DNA from: Candidatus Multivoradales bacterium
GTDB taxonomy: Bacteria; Acidobacteriota; Thermoanaerobaculia; Multivoradales; J023
Assembly (NCBI GenBank): GCA_965248925.1
Contig: CBDFLE010000006.1
Coordinates: forward strand, 2,240,001-2,304,000
Direction: 5' to 3'
Length of the DNA stretch: 64,000 bases
Shown here one piece after another: positions 41,915 to 49,440 of this stretch (positions within the stretch are counted from its first letter, which is position 1; the number at the start of each line of letters is the position of its first letter). A program made the position numbers and the translations under genes. The notes under the pieces were generated by a model, which saw only the letters and a list, made by a program, of their open reading frames with translations, was not told the DNA's origin and ran no database searches.

Positions 41915-41938
41915 GCCCGGATTCTACCGCGAGACGCC

Positions 41939-42175
41939 TCACCATTCCGGTCCCGGATCCGATGTTGACGACCGCAGCTGCGCCTCGATCCACGCTTCCA
42001 GATCCTCCGGCCGGTAGCGAATCGCCCGCGCCGAGATCTTCACGAACTGCGGTCCGCGACCCTGATAGCGCCACGCCTGCAAGGCGCGCGGCGTCAGGCT
42101 GAGCAGCTTCGCCGCTTGCACCTCTGTCAGGAGCGGTTGGCGCTGCGCGTGCGTAGTTTTCTCCATCGCGATCAT
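41939..42175 (-). CDS. Excisionase/AlpA-like HTH protein
   Basis: LLTEVQAAKLL.LTPRALQAWR..GRGPQFVK....IRYRPEDLEAWI; GGAGG RBS. Confidence 0.88.
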   Translation of the reverse strand: MIAMEKTTHAQRQPLLTEVQAAKLLSLTPRALQAWRYQGRGPQFVKISARAIRYRPEDLEAWIEAQLRSSTSDPGPEW

Positions 42176-42543
42176 CGTGTGCCTCCATGTTTCTTCACGA
42201 GTCTGAAACGCCCCTACTGGGCTTCGCTGTACGTCCGTTCGGCCATATGAAAACGCTAGCAAGCCCCTGAAATCCTGCCAATTACCCTTCTGCCGTACCC
42301 GCTGCTTGGGTACCCCCACCGGGTGGGCTCAGCGGGTAGGCTTCGTTTTCTTAAACTACTGAAATAGAACGGATTCGACATTCTCACTTTCTCTACTCGC
42401 AGATCCCGCTCTGCGCACCAGAAGAGGGAAACACTCTTCCGACCGGCTGTCGGGAACGCTGGTGGCTGGTGGGGTGGCGGTGGGGATCGGGATGGAAGAT
42501 GAAGAAACGGGAGCCCAAGCCAATGGACTCCCGTGGTCACCGG

Positions 42544-42723
42544 TCATTCCGGCAGTGAGCCATTCTCCGTCAGGAAGACTTCGCCAAGCTTGGAGCCGCA
42601 ACTCAGGCAGCGATAGATGGTCCAGCGACGCTCTGGATGATTGAGCAAACGGCTGTCTTCAATGCAGAGGTCGTGCTGCTCGATCTCGCACATCGGACAA
42701 GTGAAGGATTTGAAGTTCTTCAT
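42544..42723 (-). CDS. 59-aa zinc-ribbon microprotein
   Basis: MKNFKSFTCPMCEIEQHD...YRCLSCGSKL; directly downstream of hairpin B. Confidence 0.65.
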   Translation of the reverse strand: MKNFKSFTCPMCEIEQHDLCIEDSRLLNHPERRWTIYRCLSCGSKLGEVFLTENGSLPE

Positions 42724-42743
42724 GGGAAGAGGGGTTAAAGGAT

Positions 42744-42857
42744 GAAAACGCCCTCGCGCTACCGGTGAGGAGCGCCGGGTCCAGGAGGAGTCGCGCCGCA
42801 GGCGTGAAGGCTCCTGGAGGCGGCGCGAACGACGCCGGTACGCTGAGAGGAGTTTTC
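42744..42857. promoter_or_regulatory. Long imperfect hairpin B, putative ssDNA (Frpo-like) promoter
   Basis: Nested inverted repeats GAAAAC/GTTTTC, TACCGG/CCGGTA, GCGCCG/CGGCGC and TCCAGGAG/CTCCTGGA; tip CGCC-GCA-GGCG; TACGCT-GAGAGG in the right arm. Confidence 0.6.
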
Positions 42858-42961
42858 GACGGCAACTCAGGGTCGGAGGGTGGCGGTGGTGGATGAGGAA
42901 CTTGCAGCAGCGAGCATGAAAAGAGGGAGCCGCCCAGCCAGGCTGGAAGACTCCCGAGTAC

Positions 42962-43597
42962 TCACGCCAATCCCAGACGCTTGCGCGCAATCGCCGCGTA
43001 CTCCGGATCCAGCTCGATGCCGTAGAAATGTCGCCCCAGGCGCTGCGCCGCCTCACCAGTTGTCCCCGAACCCGCGAACGGATCAAGCACCATGTCGCCC
43101 GGCCTGGAAAATGCGCCGATCAGCGGCTCGATCGCACTGAGCGGTTTCTGCGTCGGATGCAGTCTGTTGCCCGTGTAACTCCACGGCAGTACATCATTGA
43201 GTAGCACCGCCGGTTGCTCTGGCTGACCTTTAGCCAGCAGATACGCCGACTCGTGCAAGCGCCGGACATACCGTTGAGACGACGCATACGATTTCGCCCA
43301 GACCAAGTGCCCGACCGGTCGCAGACCGGACTGCCGCCAAGCATGGAGAAACGTGTCCGCCTGCTGCCAACCATAAAACGAGATGCAGTAGCTGTTCGCC
43401 TTCAGCACCCGCGAGATTTCTTGAAAGGCCGGCTCCAGCCAATCGGCTTGTCGGTCGTTGCAAATCTTCCGCCCATCACGCGAGCGGTAGTCCACCAAGT
43501 ACGGCGGATCGGTGACCACCAGATCCACCTTGGCGTCCGGTACGCCTTTGAGAACTTCGATGCAGTCGCCGGTGATGATTTTGGAATGTGTCTTCAT
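42962..43597 (-). CDS. Orphan N6-adenine/N4-cytosine DNA methyltransferase (beta class, plasmid leading-region type)
   Basis: VTDPPY, HPTQKP and VLDPFAGSGTT motifs; no cognate endonuclease nearby. Confidence 0.92.
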   Translation of the reverse strand: MKTHSKIITGDCIEVLKGVPDAKVDLVVTDPPYLVDYRSRDGRKICNDRQADWLEPAFQEISRVLKANSYCISFYGWQQADTFLHAWRQSGLRPVGHLVWAKSYASSQRYVRRLHESAYLLAKGQPEQPAVLLNDVLPWSYTGNRLHPTQKPLSAIEPLIGAFSRPGDMVLDPFAGSGTTGEAAQRLGRHFYGIELDPEYAAIARKRLGLA

Positions 43598-43657
43598 AAG
43601 AAGTGAGAAAAAAAAGAGCAACGGAGCCAGCCTTCGACTGACCAGCTCCGCCGCCAA
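43598..43657 (-). repeat. Hairpin plus U-tract leader, copy 1
   Basis: AGAAGTGAGAAAAAAAAGAGCAACGGAGCCAG is 31/32 identical to the copy at 43850. Confidence 0.85.
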
Positions 43658-43659
43658 TG

Positions 43660-43848
43660 CTAGCCACAGCAGTCTGGATTGGCACGCTTGCCGTCCAGCT
43701 GATCAAGGTGACAGCTACATAGGAAACCAGCGCAATTCGGGCATTGATACTCAGTAGTGGAGTTCCCGCCATAGGAGCCAGCAGTCGTGATCCAGGCATC
43801 ATCTTGTTCCTTCTGGCAGTTCGGGCAGATGTAGGAGTTGGAGTTCAT
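43660..43848 (-). CDS. 62-aa Cys-rich zinc-ribbon microprotein
   Basis: MNSNSYICPNCQKEQDD...YQCPNCAGFLC; fits exactly between the two leader repeats. Confidence 0.7.
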   Translation of the reverse strand: MNSNSYICPNCQKEQDDAWITTAGSYGGNSTTEYQCPNCAGFLCSCHLDQLDGKRANPDCCG

Positions 43849-43906
43849 GAGAAGTGAGAAAAAAAAGAGCAGCGGAGCCAGTATCGAGTACCAACTCCGC
43901 CGCTGC
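43849..43906 (-). repeat. Hairpin plus U-tract leader, copy 2
   Basis: Near-identical to 43598-43657 except in the loop. Confidence 0.85.
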
Positions 43907-43914
43907 CGATGATG

Positions 43915-44118
43915 TTAGACCGCGTCAGCTGCCGACCGACCGGTCGAAGGTGCAGCCTTCGGCTCCATCAGGACGAACCGGCCATCAGGCGGCAGAACGT
44001 CCAAAACGACATTCAAGCCGTTGCCGTTCTTGGTCTTCCAAGCGGCGCCGATCTTCGTGAAGAAACCGTCCTTGACGTGGAAGGCTTCATAGACCGGAGT
44101 GTTCTTTGCAGAACTCAT
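43915..44118 (-). CDS. 67-aa mobile-element hypothetical protein
   Basis: FTKIGAAWKTKNGNGLNVVLDVLPPDGRFVL, a small beta-rich type I associate with plasmids/ICEs. Confidence 0.7.
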   Translation of the reverse strand: MSSAKNTPVYEAFHVKDGFFTKIGAAWKTKNGNGLNVVLDVLPPDGRFVLMEPKAAPSTGRSAADAV

Positions 44119-44161
44119 GAGAAAATGGGTAAAAGAATAAAAAACGCCGACCGAGTGAATC

Positions 44162-44320
44162 GATCGACACCTTGAGCACAGCAGACAGAGGCTCCGCGCC
44201 GCAAGGAGGAGTCGCAGGGAAGGCACAGGAATAGTCCGCCGCAGGCGGAATCTGCTGTGCCGACCGAGAAGCTCCTTGCGGCGTGGAGATGTCTGCTAAA
44301 ATGAGAGGTGTTGAGCGATC
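44162..44320. promoter_or_regulatory. Long imperfect hairpin A, putative ssDNA (Frpo-like) promoter
   Basis: Arms ACACC..GCAGAC..CTCCGCGCCGCAAGGAG / CTCCTTGCGGCGTGGAG..GTCTGC..GGTGT; tip CCGCC-GCA-GGCGG; TTGCGG (44276) and TGcTAAAAT (44297) in the right arm. Confidence 0.65.
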
Positions 44321-44332
44321 CCTCCATTCAGA

Positions 44333-44361
44333 TTGACCGATCCTTATCGAGAAAGTACAAT
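44333..44361 (+). promoter_or_regulatory. Sigma70-type promoter
   Basis: TTGACC-17 bp-TACAAT upstream of ORF 44388. Confidence 0.7.
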
Positions 44362-44387
44362 ATATCTACTTTCATTACTCCTGCCTC

Positions 44388-44630
44388 ATGGCTCATTCAG
44401 CCACCTTCGACACCCTCGCCTACGCCAAGAAAATGAAAGCTGCCGGCTTCACCGAGCAGCAAGCGGAAGGTCAAGCCGCAGCCCTCGCTGAAGTCATTGA
44501 CGAACGGATGGCAACCAAGCAAGATTTGCAGAATCTGGAAGAGCGGCTGATCCTCAGACTCACTATCCGTACCGGCAGCATGCTTGCTGCCACCATCGCG
44601 ATTCTTGCTACCCTGATCAAATTGCTTTAG
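44388..44630 (+). CDS. DUF1640/CCDC90-like small protein
   Basis: FDTLAYAKKMKAAGFTEQQAE...ATKQDL, with a C-terminal TM segment. Confidence 0.85.
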   Translation: MAHSATFDTLAYAKKMKAAGFTEQQAEGQAAALAEVIDERMATKQDLQNLEERLILRLTIRTGSMLAATIAILATLIKLL

Positions 44631-44701
44631 TTTCGCTCCCCAAAACCCACTTGCTGGATTCTGAGAGAAGTGTACAATGAGACTATTCTCACCTGAATCC
44701 C

Positions 44702-44845
44702 ATGGCCTTAACCGTCCAGAAACTCCGCAAGATCACCGGCAGCAAGACCCTTGAAGATTTCAAGCGCGACTACAAGAAGCGCACTGGACAAGAGCTGAAG
44801 AAGGTCCCGAAGCTCTCCCTGAAGACCAAGCTTGTTCTCAAGTAA
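44702..44845 (+). CDS. 47-aa Lys-rich microprotein
   Basis: MALTVQKLRKITGSKTLEDFKRDYKKRTGQELKKVPKLSLKTKLVLK, preceded by TTGCTG-16-TACAAT. Confidence 0.55.
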   Translation: MALTVQKLRKITGSKTLEDFKRDYKKRTGQELKKVPKLSLKTKLVLK

Positions 44846-44847
44846 CT

Positions 44848-45237
44848 ATCGAGATCCTCATCCGCCAGCGCCGGCCTTTCGTCCAGCTACCCGTCTTGAC
44901 CAAGACTGGGCGTTTCCGAAAAATGCGATTTCTCGTCGATACTGGCTTCACTGGAAGCTGTGTCTTCATTATTCGCAAAGGCGGAACCGTGCCCGATGTC
45001 GACTTGTCGGAGATCGAGGAGCTGCCAGCAGAAAGTTGGATCGAGGTCGCCAGCGGCGAGCAGGAACGGACCTTCTCAGCACTGACCGCCTTCAAGCTCG
45101 AAGCTGACACCCCATTGCCGGTGCTGTTGATGGAAGCCGAGGACTACGATGATCCGATTGTGGGCATGCAGTTCCTGGAAGAGCAGCAAAAGACCCTGCA
45201 CCTCGACTTTGGCGCGCGGTCGTTCTACTTGAATTGA
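44848..45237 (+). CDS. Clan AA (retropepsin-like) aspartyl protease
   Basis: FLVDTGFTG catalytic motif and PIVGMQFL. The frame is open upstream of TTG 44896, so the start is uncertain. Confidence 0.75.
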   Translation: MEILIRQRRPFVQLPVLTKTGRFRKMRFLVDTGFTGSCVFIIRKGGTVPDVDLSEIEELPAESWIEVASGEQERTFSALTAFKLEADTPLPVLLMEAEDYDDPIVGMQFLEEQQKTLHLDFGARSFYLN

Positions 45238-45506
45238 TCCGATCGAGATCAGCCACACCGCAGCGCTGAGCACAACACTGCATTGTGCGAAGTTGTAACG
45301 GAGTGGAAACTCCTCGCACAATGTCCGGTTGTGCCGGCGCGGTATTGACTGCGATCTGATTGGATTCTTGGGAATGGAGAAACCGACCAACCCCCACCCG
45401 AAGGGTCGGGATCACCAATACGACCAGAATGCGTCCCGCGCACTTCTCGTACTTTTCAATCGGAAGTTCGAACTGATCGCGAGATGTTCTTCGTGTCTGC
45501 TGCCCT

Positions 45507-46808
45507 CTATTGAGGGAAACGGACCTTCCTCGCAGTGGGGGCGATTTCGATCTGGTGAGGAAGATAGCTGCCTTCGACCCAGGCGATGACCATCCCATCT
45601 AACGTCCTGCGAAGCTTCTCCGTTGCCTTGAGGAACCCAGCAAGCGAGTGAATCTCAGTCTCACCCTGCCACTCCTGATCGCCGCCTCCATCGTGGCGAG
45701 CTAGAGGTCGCCAAACCAGCAGAGGAACGCGCAGCGCGCCCAAATAGTTGGCAGCTTGCTGGGGCGTCAGCGAGCTGGAGTCCTCGACGCGTCCCGATCG
45801 GATTAAGACCACGGCGCGGGCTCGCCCGGAACCAGCGGCTACGAAACCCGCCATCGCAACGGCATCCGCAATACGTTGCGATCCCTGCGGAAAATCCCGA
45901 TCAGGAAAAAAGCTATTCGCAACTAGTTCCAAGAGGGAGCGTGAGCCGTTGTCAGAAATGTCTTCTGACACCGGGAGAGCAGAGATCGCCGTCAGGTCTG
46001 GTGCTTCTTCCGCAAACACGACCCGTAGCTGATCGCCAGGACGCAAGCCGCGCAGATCTCGTCCCGAGAGGTCTCCCTTTCGCCGCACATGCATAAGCAA
46101 GTAGAGGTCCATCAAAGATTCAAGATTCCACTCTGACCCCTCGCGTACCACCACGATCTCGGCGTACCCGTGATCGACTGCCACCGTGCGTAACGGGCGC
46201 TTCTGAGCAGTGAGGACTTGCTGGAGATGCTCCAGCTTGACGCTACGGCGTCGACCCCAGGCTAGAGGGACGCTTGTGAGACCGCTCTGTGCGACATCTT
46301 GGAAACAGCAACCGAGCACCATCGTTGCTTGCGCTCGCAGCGTATCGGTGAAGACAACCTCTGCACGAAGAAGATTAGGCGCAGTCGGATCGAGCTTCGG
46401 AAGCGCAACGATCCCTTCCTGATCAACACTGAGGGCTAGGTCATCGAGCGAGACCGTAGCAGCTCGTTCCTTCCGGCCAGCCCGCTCTTCCCAGACGAGA
46501 CGAACAGTGTCCGGCGTTCCCTGCTCCCGAACGAAGCGAGCCGCGACTTCGGCGCCGGGGATATTAACGAGCTGACGCGCCTCCGCGACCGCGTCGCCAT
46601 TTGGCAATCGCCCGACCGCGCGGAGTTCGTGAGGCAGGAGAGCATTCCCCAGATCGCAGACGATCGCCCACGGCTCGTCATGGTCGACCCCGCAACTGGT
46701 ACCGTCGAGGAACAGCTCGACGCTCACCACCTCGGCACTCGTGGATGCCAGTCTCACTTCCTGGGGGCCAGTCATCAGGCCGAGGAAGAGCGTCAGGAAT
46801 TCGAGCAT
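45507..46808 (-). CDS. Hypothetical exported protein (Ig-like N-terminus, VWA-like C-terminus)
   Basis: VELFLDG...PWAIVCDLG...HELRAVG (Ig-like); IADAVAMAG...RARAVVLI (VWA-like). Confidence 0.7.
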   Translation of the reverse strand: MLEFLTLFLGLMTGPQEVRLASTSAEVVSVELFLDGTSCGVDHDEPWAIVCDLGNALLPHELRAVGRLPNGDAVAEARQLVNIPGAEVAARFVREQGTPDTVRLVWEERAGRKERAATVSLDDLALSVDQEGIVALPKLDPTAPNLLRAEVVFTDTLRAQATMVLGCCFQDVAQSGLTSVPLAWGRRRSVKLEHLQQVLTAQKRPLRTVAVDHGYAEIVVVREGSEWNLESLMDLYLLMHVRRKGDLSGRDLRGLRPGDQLRVVFAEEAPDLTAISALPVSEDISDNGSRSLLELVANSFFPDRDFPQGSQRIADAVAMAGFVAAGSGRARAVVLIRSGRVEDSSSLTPQQAANYLGALRVPLLVWRPLARHDGGGDQEWQGETEIHSLAGFLKATEKLRRTLDGMVIAWVEGSYLPHQIEIAPTARKVRFPQ

Positions 46809-46855
46809 CTCAACTCTCTGGTTTCAGGTGACCCGGCTCGGAACGAACGCATTCT

Positions 46856-47617
46856 CTAGTCGGCGCGATAATCGATCTGGAATGAGAGCAGAGTAAGAGA
46901 CCCCACGCTCGCAACGGCCTTTTCGTCATAGCGGAACTTCGCATAGGTGTTCAACGTCACATAGGCAAAGATCGGCGGACCAGAAGTCTCGCGAACCACC
47001 GGGCGTGCGACCGAGCCGTCCTCACGGACATCAACATAGAACGACACCGATCCACCAATTCCGGAAATTACCATTGCCGACATGAGGCGAGTTGCTTCCT
47101 TACCCTGCTGCTCCATGTTCCATCGAACCTGAGCCTGGGCTACAGCCGGAGTCGAGTTCACGACTTTTTTTGTGCCGAGATCAGAGGAATCGAGCACCTC
47201 AGTCAGTAAACGGGCATCTTGGCCCTCCAAGACTCGCGCTGCCAATCTGGGGAATGTGGAGAGTTTCAGGTCTCTGACTCCAGGCGCCAGGTTCTGAGCA
47301 ACATGCCACATCCAGAGTGCCCTGTCCTCTTCTCCAGTACCGGCTAGTGCGAGCGCTTTTAGTGCTGCGAGATGCCCTAGAGATCCGGCATCCATAATAC
47401 GTTCAGCGCTCGACTCAATAAGCGCGAGTTCAAGACGATGAATTGCGCGGGACGCCTTCTTCCAATTAGCTGCTTGGAGAAAAGTCTCTATCCTCTCCAT
47501 CTTTGCAGACGTCAACTGCGCGGCTGTCAATGCTGGTGCCCAAAAGACCAGGAGCGCTAAGCTGAATCTGACAAGTGGCGTTCTCACGGAACCAGCAGAA
47601 CCGACAATCCTACTCAT
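46856..47617 (-). CDS. Exported protein with a helical domain and divergent TonB C-terminal-like domain
   Basis: Signal peptide; C-terminal GSVSFYVDVREDGSVARPVV...FAYVTLNTYAKFRY. Confidence 0.65.
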   Translation of the reverse strand: MSRIVGSAGSVRTPLVRFSLALLVFWAPALTAAQLTSAKMERIETFLQAANWKKASRAIHRLELALIESSAERIMDAGSLGHLAALKALALAGTGEEDRALWMWHVAQNLAPGVRDLKLSTFPRLAARVLEGQDARLLTEVLDSSDLGTKKVVNSTPAVAQAQVRWNMEQQGKEATRLMSAMVISGIGGSVSFYVDVREDGSVARPVVRETSGPPIFAYVTLNTYAKFRYDEKAVASVGSLTLLSFQIDYRAD

Positions 47618-47713
47618 AGAATATAGAGCCCCAGGGAGAGATTAGTCTCGAAAATAATGCGCGGTGCGACGCCAGGACGACGGACTGGATTGATCGCTAC
47701 GAGCTAACGATCG

Positions 47714-47929
47714 CTAGGAGCAAGTTGTCTCGGTGAATTGCACTGCGGTACCGTTTGAAAGAAAGTAGAGATATGTGATTTGGTGGCAGACGATCTGCCC
47801 TCCCCCCGAGAAGACGATATCGTCAACGATGATGTAGTCTAGGCACTCGCCGGATGGCGCACATTGCCCGAAGCTGATTGCGGGGAGGAACACGAGCATG
47901 AGAGCTGTGAGAATTACTGCTAGTTTCAT
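47714..47929 (-). CDS. Secreted four-cysteine peptide 1
   Basis: GGAGG RBS; MKLAVILTALMLVFLPAISFG-QCAPSGEC...VC...TTCS. Confidence 0.72.
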   Translation of the reverse strand: MKLAVILTALMLVFLPAISFGQCAPSGECLDYIIVDDIVFSGGGQIVCHQITYLYFLSNGTAVQFTETTCS

Positions 47930-48290
47930 AGGAATAGCCTCCAAAGTAGAAATACGTAAACAGAGTACCCAAAGTACCTCTTGTCAGCACCGCACTAGAC
48001 ACTCTATCATTATAGACAAGGGGCTGGCGATGACCTTGTTCTCTTCTCACTAGGCATCTGTCGATGCACCAGCATCACTCTCCCAGAGGAATTTGCGGCA
48101 CCGCGCCGCTAGTTTCCGGTCATGGTTTTGGACCAGAGACCTCGCCGCGCAAGTGAGTTCTTCTGACGCTGGACACCTGGAGTTTTTCATCAAGAGAAAA
48201 AGAAGAGACGGCCGGCCCTATCCGCATCGAATGGCGACCATCCGGAGCCCAGATTCCCTGTTTCCAAGCGATGTCGTCTCTCGCCAGTAG

Positions 48291-48701
48291 CTAAGATCCT
48301 AATTCGCGAATCAAGCGCTGCCGTATTCGCCGCATGCGCGATCTGTCACCTCGAAAGCGCGCAATCCGCGAGCCGAGCACCGTGATCAGCCCGGCGTATT
48401 CGATCCCGCGATCTCGCTCCGGATCGAGCAGGTCATGCGCACGTTTCCAGGTCCGACCGTCCGCCGAGAGCAGCAGATCCACCTCTCGGTTAAGTTGCAA
48501 CGCTGAGAACGCCCAATGGAAGGACCCGATCCTGATCTGCGCATCGCGCGCTAGTTCTTGCAGGTCGGCCAGCAACGGTCCCGTCAGCGGATCGCGGCCG
48601 ATCAGATACCACGCCAGCCGGCCGAGTTCTGGACTCGCCTCTTCCGCTAATAGCAGCAAGTTGGCGACATCATCGTGCTTGGGCGTGAGCGCCGGGGTCA
48701 C
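48291..48701 (-). CDS. Hypothetical protein
   Basis: 136-aa ORF with a GTGA overlap with the upstream gene. Confidence 0.6.
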   Translation of the reverse strand: MTPALTPKHDDVANLLLLAEEASPELGRLAWYLIGRDPLTGPLLADLQELARDAQIRIGSFHWAFSALQLNREVDLLLSADGRTWKRAHDLLDPERDRGIEYAGLITVLGSRIARFRGDRSRMRRIRQRLIRELGS

Positions 48702-48964
48702 GGCTCGACTTTCTCCGGCATCAACCGCTGGGTCTGTACTCTGGCTACGCGCAACCGCGTGGTGAGCAACTCCAGATCCTCCTGCCTGCCGCTCTCCAGC
48801 ATTCGCAGGATTCGGGCCGCCGCATTCTGGGGCCGGTCAGCATGGTCGAAGTCCGGTTCGGGCAAGGCCGCACAGATCTGGACGAGCCGCTCCTCGATCG
48901 CGCCAAGCTCGGCTTCCAAATCTGCCAGGGCGGCGGGAAGGTCGGCGAGTTGTAGCGTCTTCAT
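48698..48964 (-). CDS. Small helical hypothetical protein
   Basis: MKTLQLADLPAALADLEAELGAIEERL...; preceded by a hairpin plus U-tract leader. Confidence 0.65.
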   Translation of the reverse strand: MKTLQLADLPAALADLEAELGAIEERLVQICAALPEPDFDHADRPQNAAARILRMLESGRQEDLELLTTRLRVARVQTQRLMPEKVEP

Positions 48965-49440
48965 CAGGAGAAAGAAAAAGGGTGGCGGCCACAGTGGGAG
49001 GGATTGGCGTGTACCACTGCGACCGCCGGATGAGAGAGAAAAGAACCCCAGTTCGCAATCGGTTGCTTTCGGGACCCCAATACTGCGCCACCCCGATCCT
49101 GATGGCCAGAGCACGCCCCTGAGCTAGTTTCCTGCTTTGCCGCCCAGCCGCAGGACTTTTTCCCTGTCCCAAAACCAGCACTCGCCCTCCAAGCGCGTTC
49201 GCCTGCGCGTTTCTTCTGGCGTAGGTCAGCGGCCAGACAATGTGCCTTGCCCAACCGCCTGAACAGACCCTAGGGTCGATCGACCGACCGGCCAACAAAC
49301 CCGATCATGGTGATTGCGGGAAGAGGTGTGGCCGCAGGAGATTGGAAATGTCCCAGGCTCAAGTATCGAGAACCCGGATGGCGACTTCAGACGGATTCAG
49401 CCCACATATCGATCCATCTGGCTAAGGCGAGAGTGCCGCG

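Noticed and set aside
43598-43906. Leader repeats as CRISPR repeats or integron attC sites
   Set aside because: Only two close copies, separated by a whole ORF; no GTTRRRY/RYYYAAC ends and no integron integrase.
42744-45356. Long hairpins as retron msr-msd or DGR elements
   Set aside because: No reverse transcriptase is recognisable in the window.
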